64,000 nucleotides of DNA from a virus, in IMG/VR virus record IMGVR_UViG_3300009164_000039. The stretch is one strand, 5' to 3'. Below are positions 48,250 through 56,418 of this stretch, one piece after another (within the stretch, counting starts at the first letter, position 1; each line of letters starts with the position of its first letter). The notes beneath the pieces are model-generated. The model was given only the letters and a program-made list of their open reading frames with translations. It was not told the origin of the DNA and ran no database searches. The position numbers and the translations under genes are program-made.

Positions 48250-48290
48250 ATAAATAACTGTAACCCATGTGCTGAACAAGCAAATAAATA
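48250..48290 (+). promoter_or_regulatory. Two ATAAATA late-promoter motifs upstream of fibre 2
   Basis: ATAAATA at 48250-48256 and 48284-48290 in the AT-rich intergenic gap; GGAGT SD before ATG 48315. Confidence 0.55.
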
Positions 48291-48314
48291 CTAGATAAAA
48301 TCGGAGTCTAAGGA

Positions 48315-50783
48315 ATGAGCTATAATTTAACAAGAACTGACGGGACGCCACTGTTGACCCTGGCCGATGGTCAGACCAACACAACAACGACCAGTCTTAC
48401 GCTGATCGGCAAGAACTATGCCGGATATGGCACATTCTTAAACGAAAACTTCGTGAAACTGCTGGAGCATTTTAGCAGTGTCACTGCACCAGACAATCCT
48501 AGTGTGGGACAACTATGGTGGCAGAGTTCAACCAAGATACTTAAGGTATATATTGGTAACAACTCATGGAAAAGTATCACTGGTGCCCAAGCTGAAGCAA
48601 GTTCTCCGACTTATAAAGTAACAGGCGATCTATGGTGGGACACCACAAATCAACAGTTGAAAGTTTGGTCAGGCGCCAGCTGGATCACAATTGGTCCTAG
48701 CTTTACACAAACAACAGGTACATCAGGTGCTGTGGCAGATACCATCGTTGACGATGCCTTGGTCACACACGTGGTAGTTAAATTCTTTGTTAACAATGGC
48801 TTGGTAGCCATGATGAGCAAGGACAGTACATTTACTCCGGGTAACGCTATTCCTGGATTCAGCACAGTCAAACCAGGTATGAACTTGGCCACAGGAACTG
48901 TGCCAGGGTTGAAATATTGGACCACAGCAGAAAATGCTGACTACTTGGGTAACGTGGCAGCAGCCAATTACTTGCGTAGTGATGTGTCGGTTCCACTCAC
49001 AACCCAATTAGAAATTCGTAACCTAAACGGTATCGCAATTGAAGAACCAAACGGTACAATTGACTTTACACTGGGTGTGGCTAGTAACTATGTTAACATG
49101 ATCAGCTTGGTTCGTGGCAATGGTATGAAACTTACTACCAAGCCAGACAACGCTGCCGGCGCCACAATTGACGCACTCACTGTTGATCGCAACAGCGGAT
49201 TGATTCGTGTGTACAACGATCCACAAGATGCACTGGGCATTGCCACAAAGAACTATGTGGATTCTGGTTTGACCACAGTATTATCGGGCACCAATGCCAA
49301 CCTTGTTATTTTAGGAAGTCAGCTGGCATCTAACGTGGCAGCAATCAACAGCAACGTTGGTGATATTCGACTGTTAAAATCCACTGGTACTGTGAGCACA
49401 CCAAACGGTAACGTAGTTGCTAACATTGTGTCATTGAGTGCAAACGTAGGTCCATTCAGTGGAGTTATTGCCAACCAAGGCAGCATCACAGCCAACATCA
49501 AGGCACTAGCAGGCAACATTGGTTGGACTGGCTTGCTGTCAAGTGATGACCTAACAGTGACTGGCAACATTGCCAAGTTTGCAGCCAACGTAGGTGCAAT
49601 GACATTTATTGCGCACCAAGCAGACATTACTTCCAACATCAAATCTATTGCCGGCAATATTGGGTGGACTGGATTATTATCTAGTGACGATCTAACAGTG
49701 ACCGGTAACATTGCCAAGTTTGCAGCCAATGTGGGTGCAATGAGCCGTATTGCCAACCAAGGCAGCATCACAGCCAACATTCAGGCACTAGCAGGTAATA
49801 TTGGTTGGACTGGTAAATTATCCAGTGATGATCTAACAGTTACCGGTAACATTGCCAAGTTTGCTGCCAATGTGGGTCCACTCAACTTGGTTGGCCTACA
49901 AAGCGTCACCGCCAACGTCAATGCACTGTGGGGCAACGTTATCCCTGCAGGTGGTACACCAGGCGGACAAACATTGTCGGCCAACATCACTGCAATCTGG
50001 GGCAACATTGGATCAGTTCCAACAGCCGGTGTAGCTAATTCAGTGTTTGGTGGACAAACCATCACTGCCAACGTCAATGCCATCTGGGGCAACATCGTAT
50101 CCTTGGTCACCACAGCTGGATCTATTTCTGGCAACACAGATTCTGTGTTACGTTCGGGCACACGATCAATGACAGGTAACTTGGTACCAGACGCCGACGG
50201 TACTCGAGCATTGGGCGCACTGGCCACACGTTTTGACTTGCTTGGTGATACTTTTGACTTCACAGGAACAGGACAATTCCATTCCAGTATCACTACCAAA
50301 GCAGGTATCAACATGGGCAACACCAGTGTTAATGGACGCATGGGAACAATCTATGCAACAACGTTTAACGGAACTGCTACCACAGCACAATACGCTGACT
50401 TGGCAGAACGTTTTGAATCAGACTCAGCTTATCCACCGGGCACAGTTGTGATGCTGGGCGGTGTGGCTGAAATCACAGCAGCCATGGATGACGCCAGTGA
50501 TGAAGTGTTTGGGGTTATCAGCACTAGACCTGCGCACTTGATGAACAACCAAGACGGTTACACAGACCAAACACATCCGCCAGTGGCCATGACAGGTCGT
50601 GTGCCAGTTCGTGTGACAGGCACAGTGAAAAAAGGTGATCGATTGATCAGTGCAGGCAACGGTGTTGCACGTGCTGCCAAATCAGGCGAGTACACTGCAT
50701 TTAACACAATTGGTCGTTCACTAGAAAATAAAACTACAACAGACGAAGGCGTTGTAGAAGCAACAGTAAAGTTGAATAGTTAA
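48315..50783 (+). CDS. Tail fibre protein 2 with C-terminal intramolecular-chaperone-like domain (822 aa)
   Basis: Same N-terminal module as fibre 1 (GKNYAGYG.FLNENFVKLLE), internal 47-aa repeats and C-terminal AQYADLAERF...GTVV.LGG..EIT...GRVPVRV.G...KGD.L. Confidence 0.82.
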   Translation: MSYNLTRTDGTPLLTLADGQTNTTTTSLTLIGKNYAGYGTFLNENFVKLLEHFSSVTAPDNPSVGQLWWQSSTKILKVYIGNNSWKSITGAQAEASSPTYKVTGDLWWDTTNQQLKVWSGASWITIGPSFTQTTGTSGAVADTIVDDALVTHVVVKFFVNNGLVAMMSKDSTFTPGNAIPGFSTVKPGMNLATGTVPGLKYWTTAENADYLGNVAAANYLRSDVSVPLTTQLEIRNLNGIAIEEPNGTIDFTLGVASNYVNMISLVRGNGMKLTTKPDNAAGATIDALTVDRNSGLIRVYNDPQDALGIATKNYVDSGLTTVLSGTNANLVILGSQLASNVAAINSNVGDIRLLKSTGTVSTPNGNVVANIVSLSANVGPFSGVIANQGSITANIKALAGNIGWTGLLSSDDLTVTGNIAKFAANVGAMTFIAHQADITSNIKSIAGNIGWTGLLSSDDLTVTGNIAKFAANVGAMSRIANQGSITANIQALAGNIGWTGKLSSDDLTVTGNIAKFAANVGPLNLVGLQSVTANVNALWGNVIPAGGTPGGQTLSANITAIWGNIGSVPTAGVANSVFGGQTITANVNAIWGNIVSLVTTAGSISGNTDSVLRSGTRSMTGNLVPDADGTRALGALATRFDLLGDTFDFTGTGQFHSSITTKAGINMGNTSVNGRMGTIYATTFNGTATTAQYADLAERFESDSAYPPGTVVMLGGVAEITAAMDDASDEVFGVISTRPAHLMNNQDGYTDQTHPPVAMTGRVPVRVTGTVKKGDRLISAGNGVARAAKSGEYTAFNTIGRSLENKTTTDEGVVEATVKLNS
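49467..49889 (+). repeat. Coding tandem repeat, 3 x 141 nt (47 aa)
   Basis: Units start at 49467, 49608 and 49749: IANQGSITANIKALAGNIGWTGLLSSDDLTVTGNIAKFAANVG. Confidence 0.92.
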
Positions 50784-50784
50784 T

Positions 50785-52860
50785 ATGGCATACGCATCAG
50801 GCAGCTCAATCGAAGCAATTGATTACAATAACCTAGCATGGGGATCTGATGCTGGTGGCACCTATGTGACCACCAGCACTAATAAAAACATTGCAGTTGT
50901 TTGGGGTGTAGGTACTGGACGATTTGGTTGGGGACAAAACACAAGCTCTATACCCAAAGCAATAATTAATGCAATCACTACTGCAACCGCGTGTACCGGT
51001 TCCACAATCACTGTTGGGGACTCTACCACAATTGGTGTGAATGAAGCAATTAAATTTGGCAGTGCTATTGGGGGGCTAACTGCCGGCGCAACATACTATG
51101 TGTATGACAAGCCAACCACCAATACCTTACGAGTTGCTGCCACAGTTAATGCAACTGCGCCAATTGATCTAACCACACAAAGCAGTTTATCAGTCACAGT
51201 TCTGCCAGTTGATTTTGCCACAGGCAGTCTCACACAAGTTGCAGCCACTAATAATGTAACAGCCGCTCAATGGAACGGTCTCATACTGGCAACAAACAAA
51301 GCATTATATCACACAGGTGGTGCAAACGTTGCAGTGACTGGTGTGTCGGTTGGCACACCAATTGCCTATTACAGTGCTGTATCTACTGCGGTAACCACAG
51401 TGTGGAACAATGCCAACACTGGTTCGGTAGGATTCACCACAGACGATGCGGCCTTGACATCAACCAACACCGTTACCTGGGCCAACAGCATTGGGTTCGT
51501 ATACACTGTGGATTTTGGCAGTGCCGACGAAATGCGGTATTTTTTCAATGCTGGCGGGAAAATAAAATTCAGCCTCACTGGGCCTGCAGGCACAGGACGC
51601 AATCTAGATTGGCGAACACTTTGTACTGCAATGGGTACCATAGTATTTGGATACAACACCACTACCAAATCTGGTGGGTCAGGTACTCCAGATACTCTAC
51701 TAAGCACAGTAGGCAACGGTGGCTTCTGGGGACCTCATACATCAGGAGTGGACCGAGAAGATTTCCAACAGACTTCCACAGGCACTGCATACACAACCAA
51801 TTACATTGAAATTCTTACTAAAGTGTCTGGTGTCACTGCTGGCAGCAGTGGCGGTAAAGGTACTAGATTGACTTTTACTATTAATCTGGTAGATGCTAAT
51901 AGCAACATCTATCAACCTGCGGTGGCAACAGGCACAGTGGCCAGCATGGTGGTTGTTAGACCAACATCAAGTGCAGTGAGTGTGACAGGCCCCAGTGGCA
52001 CTGGCGTGACCAAGACCACAGACGCCGGTACTACCACAGCGTATGCGATTCCAACCGGAAGCCAAACGTTTACCACAGTCGGGGATACCACTTTTACTGT
52101 ACCTGCCGATGTAACATCAGTTAGTGCTTTTGTTGTTGCGCCTGGAGGATTTGCAGGTGCCACCGCAGGTGGTGGCGGTGGCGGCTCAGCTTACATAGGA
52201 ACGGTCACAGTGACTCCGGGCCAAACTCTCTATGTCAGAGTAGGAGATAAAAATGCATCAGGTGCCAGCACTGCGTCGTTGTCTATAGTGTCAACTACTA
52301 CACCAATTGACAGTTCACTTAATTATCTAGTTGCAACTGCTGGTGCAAGCACCGGCACCGGTAATGGTGGCTCTGGCGCAGGTGTTGGTGCGTTTGCCGC
52401 AGGTGTTGGTGCAAATGCTGGGCAAGGTGGGCAGAATCCTCTTGGTGGAGGAGGTGGCGCAGCGGGCTATGGTGGCACTGCTGGTAATGGTGGCTATCCA
52501 TATGTAAGCGGAAACCAACAACTGCAAGGCGCTTATATCTATGGTGCTCAAGGTGGCGGCACCGGTGCTGGTGGTGGTGGCGGTGGTGTACTCTCTGCGT
52601 CAGCGGCTGGAGGTGGTGGTGGTGTGGGACTTAATGGAATTGGTACACCTGGTAGCAGTGGTGGCGGCACAAGTACACCGACCACTCAAACTGCTGGAAC
52701 GCCCGGCGGCGGCGGATCTGGTGGTGCCAGTGGTAGTGTTAAAAATGGTGGAGACTTTGGTGGTGGTGGCGGCGGAACGGCTATCAGCGGCACACCTGGT
52801 GGCGGCGCCGTTAGAATAATCTGGGGGCCAAGCCGAAGTTACCCGAGCCAGGCAGCATAA
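50785..52860 (+). CDS. Fibre-associated protein with glycine-rich C-terminal domain (691 aa)
   Basis: Thr/Gly-rich; F.S.DEMRYFFNAGG motif; FTVPADVTSVSAFVVAPGG...GGGGGG and terminal GGGAVRIIWG. Confidence 0.75.
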   Translation: MAYASGSSIEAIDYNNLAWGSDAGGTYVTTSTNKNIAVVWGVGTGRFGWGQNTSSIPKAIINAITTATACTGSTITVGDSTTIGVNEAIKFGSAIGGLTAGATYYVYDKPTTNTLRVAATVNATAPIDLTTQSSLSVTVLPVDFATGSLTQVAATNNVTAAQWNGLILATNKALYHTGGANVAVTGVSVGTPIAYYSAVSTAVTTVWNNANTGSVGFTTDDAALTSTNTVTWANSIGFVYTVDFGSADEMRYFFNAGGKIKFSLTGPAGTGRNLDWRTLCTAMGTIVFGYNTTTKSGGSGTPDTLLSTVGNGGFWGPHTSGVDREDFQQTSTGTAYTTNYIEILTKVSGVTAGSSGGKGTRLTFTINLVDANSNIYQPAVATGTVASMVVVRPTSSAVSVTGPSGTGVTKTTDAGTTTAYAIPTGSQTFTTVGDTTFTVPADVTSVSAFVVAPGGFAGATAGGGGGGSAYIGTVTVTPGQTLYVRVGDKNASGASTASLSIVSTTTPIDSSLNYLVATAGASTGTGNGGSGAGVGAFAAGVGANAGQGGQNPLGGGGGAAGYGGTAGNGGYPYVSGNQQLQGAYIYGAQGGGTGAGGGGGGVLSASAAGGGGGVGLNGIGTPGSSGGGTSTPTTQTAGTPGGGGSGGASGSVKNGGDFGGGGGGTAISGTPGGGAVRIIWGPSRSYPSQAA

Positions 52861-52869
52861 GGAACATGT

Positions 52870-53199
52870 ATGAAATTTGATATTACATTTATTAATCCGG
52901 TAGGTAATCCAGAAACATACGTTGCTATTGAGGCTGAAAACGAACAAGCGGCTCGAGAAATGAAAGACAGCTTGTTGACAGCAGCCGGATCATTTTGGCC
53001 AGTTGATCAATGGACCATTGCATCAGTGGGACCCACACCAACTGAAACTCCGCCTGCTGATCCAACTCTGATGCCAATGTATTACCCAACAACTGAGCCA
53101 GTTCTAACTCTTGAGCAAATGATGGCCAAGCTGACTGCAGATTCACAAAAGGCCGCGGCAGCCCAACTTGCCGCACAACAAGCAAACCCACCAACTTGA
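52870..53199 (+). CDS. Hypothetical protein (109 aa)
   Basis: AGGA SD upstream; co-oriented; no recognised motif. Confidence 0.7.
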   Translation: MKFDITFINPVGNPETYVAIEAENEQAAREMKDSLLTAAGSFWPVDQWTIASVGPTPTETPPADPTLMPMYYPTTEPVLTLEQMMAKLTADSQKAAAAQLAAQQANPPT

Positions 53200-53231
53200 C
53201 ATAGTTTTAAGATAGGGCACACTACTCTATC

Positions 53232-53238
53232 TTAAATA
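53232..53238 (+). promoter_or_regulatory. Putative late promoter TTAAATA heading the glycosyltransferase/radical SAM operon
   Basis: TAAATA followed 4 nt later by ATG 53243; lies in the 3' arm of a 12-bp hairpin (53206-53236). Confidence 0.55.
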
Positions 53239-53242
53239 CTGT

Positions 53243-53563
53243 ATGGATGTCAATAAACTAAAAATTCAAGCTGATCAGGCATTTGATCGAGACACTGCAC
53301 GACTAGCACTAAAAGAAAAGATTGATGCACGACTGTGTGTGGCCATCAATGGCGGACTGTTTCGAGCCACGCCCGAACTCATTGCATTCCTCAGCACCTG
53401 GCCAATAGAAACTGTTTATCTCCAAGACATACACGATCAGCCCATTGAACTAGATCGTGTGCTTGCGCTGGCCCAGCTGAGCCAAGCATATCAATATGCC
53501 ATGAACTCCTGGCACGAAGAACACACTCAACAGCAAAAAATCAGGAAAGGTCGTCATGCGTGA
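53243..53563 (+). CDS. Hypothetical protein (106 aa)
   Basis: First ORF of the overlapping operon; overlaps the next gene by 8 nt. Confidence 0.75.
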   Translation: MDVNKLKIQADQAFDRDTARLALKEKIDARLCVAINGGLFRATPELIAFLSTWPIETVYLQDIHDQPIELDRVLALAQLSQAYQYAMNSWHEEHTQQQKIRKGRHA

Positions 53564-54356
53564 TGGTGCTCTTGTATTTGCTCATGCCACCGCAGTAGAC
53601 TATCTGCAAATGGCTCAGGTTGCGGCTCGACTAGTACGCAGGCATTTGAACATGCCTGTGTGCCTGGTAACAGATGGTGATGTTGAGTCCACAGCATTTG
53701 ATCAAGTTGTGCATGTACCAAAACCCTTAGCAATGAATCAACGCAACTACTGGGTCAACGGTGTCAAAAAAACAGCACCCTGGTACAACAGTACCAGATC
53801 AATGGCGCTGGATCTGTCACCATGGGATCGCACACTGTTGATTGATGCAGATTACTTTGTGATGTCTGACCAATTGAAACTGCTACAAAAAACAAATCTA
53901 GGTTTTGTGTGTTATACAAATGCACATGACATTCGCGACAACAAACCAATTGATGTCAGTTGTGGCTATCGGCACATGGCCTGGGCCACAGTGTGTTGGT
54001 TTGATAGATCAGAGCATTCGCAAGGTGTGTTTGCCATGTGGAAGCACGTGGTAAAAAATTGGGCCTACTATAATCTTGCCAATGACTTTGGCAAACCGGG
54101 CTTGCGTAACGACCATGCGTTAACTATTGCATTAGAAACAATGAGCGGACATTCTGCCACGTATCCAACCATACCAGGATCAATGGCCACAGTTGTACCC
54201 GGTACACAACTGTATGATATTAGAGCAGATGGCACAGTGTTATTCAAAACACATGATAAATTTTCATTAATCAAAAATCAAGACTTGCACATGGTAGACA
54301 AACAGATTGCATGCGACTCGCAATGGTTAGAATTGTTAGAGGCAGTTCATGCGTGA
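53556..54356 (+). CDS. Glycosyltransferase-like protein (GT-A fold, DxD) (266 aa)
   Basis: DLSPWDRTLLIDADY (DxD), WATVCWF and RNDHAL.IA resemble nucleotide-diphospho-sugar transferases. Confidence 0.65.
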   Translation: MRDGALVFAHATAVDYLQMAQVAARLVRRHLNMPVCLVTDGDVESTAFDQVVHVPKPLAMNQRNYWVNGVKKTAPWYNSTRSMALDLSPWDRTLLIDADYFVMSDQLKLLQKTNLGFVCYTNAHDIRDNKPIDVSCGYRHMAWATVCWFDRSEHSQGVFAMWKHVVKNWAYYNLANDFGKPGLRNDHALTIALETMSGHSATYPTIPGSMATVVPGTQLYDIRADGTVLFKTHDKFSLIKNQDLHMVDKQIACDSQWLELLEAVHA

Positions 54357-55221
54357 GTTTGCAGGAGAGCAAGGCTACTTGACATTTGCACAAAACACTG
54401 ACACAGTTGACTATCTACGACTGGCATACGCACAAGCATTGAGTATCAAATGCACACAGAAGATCAACAGTTATGCAGTGATAGTTGATGCATACACAGC
54501 TGAACAAATACAACACTGCCATAGGAAAGTGTTTGACTACATCATAGTACTAGAGCAAGATGATGCCAAAGAACATGACTGGAAGCTGGCAAACGAATGG
54601 CAAGCATTTGATCTTACACCATTTAGAGAAACGGTCAAACTAGAATCCGACATATTGTTTACCAGGAACATTGACCATTGGTGGACAGGCATGCGATCAC
54701 AAGAAGTCACATTCACTACCTGCATACGCAACTATCGCGGCCAAGTAAGCAACAGTAGAGAATATAGAAGATTGTTTGATGAAAGCAATTTACCTGATAT
54801 CTATACCGGCATGTTTTATTTTAGACACAGTCAAACAGCACGTGATCTATTTAATGCAGCCGCCACAGTGTACCAGCAATGGCCCATGTTTAGGGACAGT
54901 GTGTTAACTAGATGCAATAGCAAACACGCCTCAACAGACGAAGCCTTTGCAGTAGCCGCCAAATTAATCGGTGTAGAACGTGTGACTAATCCTGCACTTG
55001 ATTATCCAAGTTTTGTGCATATGAAAGGTGCAGTCAATGGGTTGGGCGCAAATGACAAGTGGAATGAATTGTTGTTTCATCAATGGACAGATGAAATGGA
55101 TCTAAGCATTGAGTTTCTTCGCCAACAGTATCCAGTACACTATTATCAAAAAGATTTTGTCACAGATAAAACAATAGGTGCATATGAACAAAGATTATCC
55201 AAACTTAATAACAGCGTTTGA
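54349..55221 (+). CDS. Glycosyltransferase-like protein, paralog of 53556..54356 (290 aa)
   Basis: DLTPFRETVKLESDILF aligns with the neighbour's DLSPWDRTLLIDADYF; also LPDIYTGMFYF, STDEAFAVA and FVHMK. Confidence 0.6.
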   Translation: MREFAGEQGYLTFAQNTDTVDYLRLAYAQALSIKCTQKINSYAVIVDAYTAEQIQHCHRKVFDYIIVLEQDDAKEHDWKLANEWQAFDLTPFRETVKLESDILFTRNIDHWWTGMRSQEVTFTTCIRNYRGQVSNSREYRRLFDESNLPDIYTGMFYFRHSQTARDLFNAAATVYQQWPMFRDSVLTRCNSKHASTDEAFAVAAKLIGVERVTNPALDYPSFVHMKGAVNGLGANDKWNELLFHQWTDEMDLSIEFLRQQYPVHYYQKDFVTDKTIGAYEQRLSKLNNSV

Positions 55222-55531
55222 ATCCTCAACATGGCAACCACCGGTACCTGAATATCGGGTGTACTATGACAAGTCTGGAACCATAACAACCAAAACAACA
55301 GCACCATTGATAGGTGACTATATTGTGGTGTCTAGAGAAATGTATGACAGCATTGTGATGCACACACAGTGGCATGTGATAAATGGACAAGTTGAAATAA
55401 GACCGGTTGTGGAAATCCCACGTCATATGTTACAATACACAGCTGAAGGCCCGTACCGATCACTGCCAGGAAATGCTATATTTTTGGTAGATGACGATTA
55501 TGCTGGCTCCACTGATAATTGGACAATATGA
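55178..55531 (+). CDS. Hypothetical protein (117 aa)
   Basis: Co-oriented and overlaps both neighbours; YRVYYDKSG.I motif. Confidence 0.7.
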   Translation: MHMNKDYPNLITAFESSTWQPPVPEYRVYYDKSGTITTKTTAPLIGDYIVVSREMYDSIVMHTQWHVINGQVEIRPVVEIPRHMLQYTAEGPYRSLPGNAIFLVDDDYAGSTDNWTI

Positions 55532-56418
55532 AAACTGTAGACATTGCAGACCTAGATGTAATTTTTCTAACCTACGACGAACCTCGCAGAGAAGAGTCAT
55601 GGGCCAAAATCAAAAACATGGTACCTTGGGCCAAGCGTGTGGATGGCATAAAAGGCAGTGATGCCGCACACAAAGCCGCAGGTGCGGCCAGCGATACAGA
55701 TCGCTTTATACTAATTGACGGCGACAATATTCCTGACCCAGAGTTCTTTAACAAACAAATCACACTGGATCCACATCATGAAAGATGTGTGTTGCGTTGG
55801 AGAGCAAGAAACGCCATCAACGGACTCATGTACGGCAATGGTGGACTCAGCTCGTGGACCAAAAGTTTTGTAGAAAGCATGCGCACACACGAAGCCACTG
55901 ATGGTCGTAATGAAACACTGGTGGAGTTTTGCTTTGAACCTGACTACTGGGCCATGCATGACTGCTACTCAACCACGTATCCTAATGCCAGTCCATTTCA
56001 GGCCTGGCGAGCAGGCTTCCGTGAAGGTGTTAAAATGTGTCTGGATCGCGGAGCAAGACCCAACTTGGACGAGTTTGAAAAACGTGCCCACAATCGTAAT
56101 CTTGATCATTTGACCATTTGGCAAAGTGTGGGTGCTGATGCAGAGAATGGCTTCTGGGCCATATACGGTGCTAGACGTGGCACACAAATGACCATGCTTA
56201 CAGACTGGGATTACACCCAGGTACAAGACTTTGATGAACTGGCAAAACTTTGGACTGTGTACCAAAATGACGGCCCTGACGAATGCACTGAAGTAGGCAA
56301 CATGCTACGCAAACGCCTGGGACTTAACATTGTGGATCTAGACCCCGAACCCAGTGCATTTTTCAAACATCACTACAAGTCAAATTTTGTCAATAGAGGA
56401 ATAATGAGTCGTGAGTAA
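55528..56418 (+). CDS. Glycosyltransferase-like protein (GT2-like, DGD) (likely start ATG 55528)
   Basis: DVIFLTYDEP...VDGIKGSDAAH.AA...FILIDGDN, N.INGLMYGNGG and AWRAGFREGVKM; ATGA overlap with the previous stop. Confidence 0.7.
   Translation: MKTVDIADLDVIFLTYDEPRREESWAKIKNMVPWAKRVDGIKGSDAAHKAAGAASDTDRFILIDGDNIPDPEFFNKQITLDPHHERCVLRWRARNAINGLMYGNGGLSSWTKSFVESMRTHEATDGRNETLVEFCFEPDYWAMHDCYSTTYPNASPFQAWRAGFREGVKMCLDRGARPNLDEFEKRAHNRNLDHLTIWQSVGADAENGFWAIYGARRGTQMTMLTDWDYTQVQDFDELAKLWTVYQNDGPDECTEVGNMLRKRLGLNIVDLDPEPSAFFKHHYKSNFVNRGIMSRE

Noticed and set aside
45407-49889. Regularly spaced repeats as a CRISPR or guide array
   Set aside because: Repeats are in frame within fibre ORFs, vary at synonymous positions, have periods divisible by 3 and have no cas or Nop-domain gene nearby.
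47770-52830. GGT/GGC-rich runs as microsatellites or G-quadruplex elements
   Set aside because: Explained by poly-Gly coding in the glycine-rich domains, with mixed third codon positions.
44291-52860. Diversity-generating retroelement acting on fibre tips
   Set aside because: No reverse transcriptase and no template/variable repeat pair differing at adenines seen in the window.
52870-55531. Small ORFs as RiPP precursor peptides for the radical SAM enzymes
   Set aside because: At 106-117 aa they look like folded proteins, with no leader/core pattern or repeated core motifs and no RRE, peptidase or exporter in view. Not excluded outside the window.
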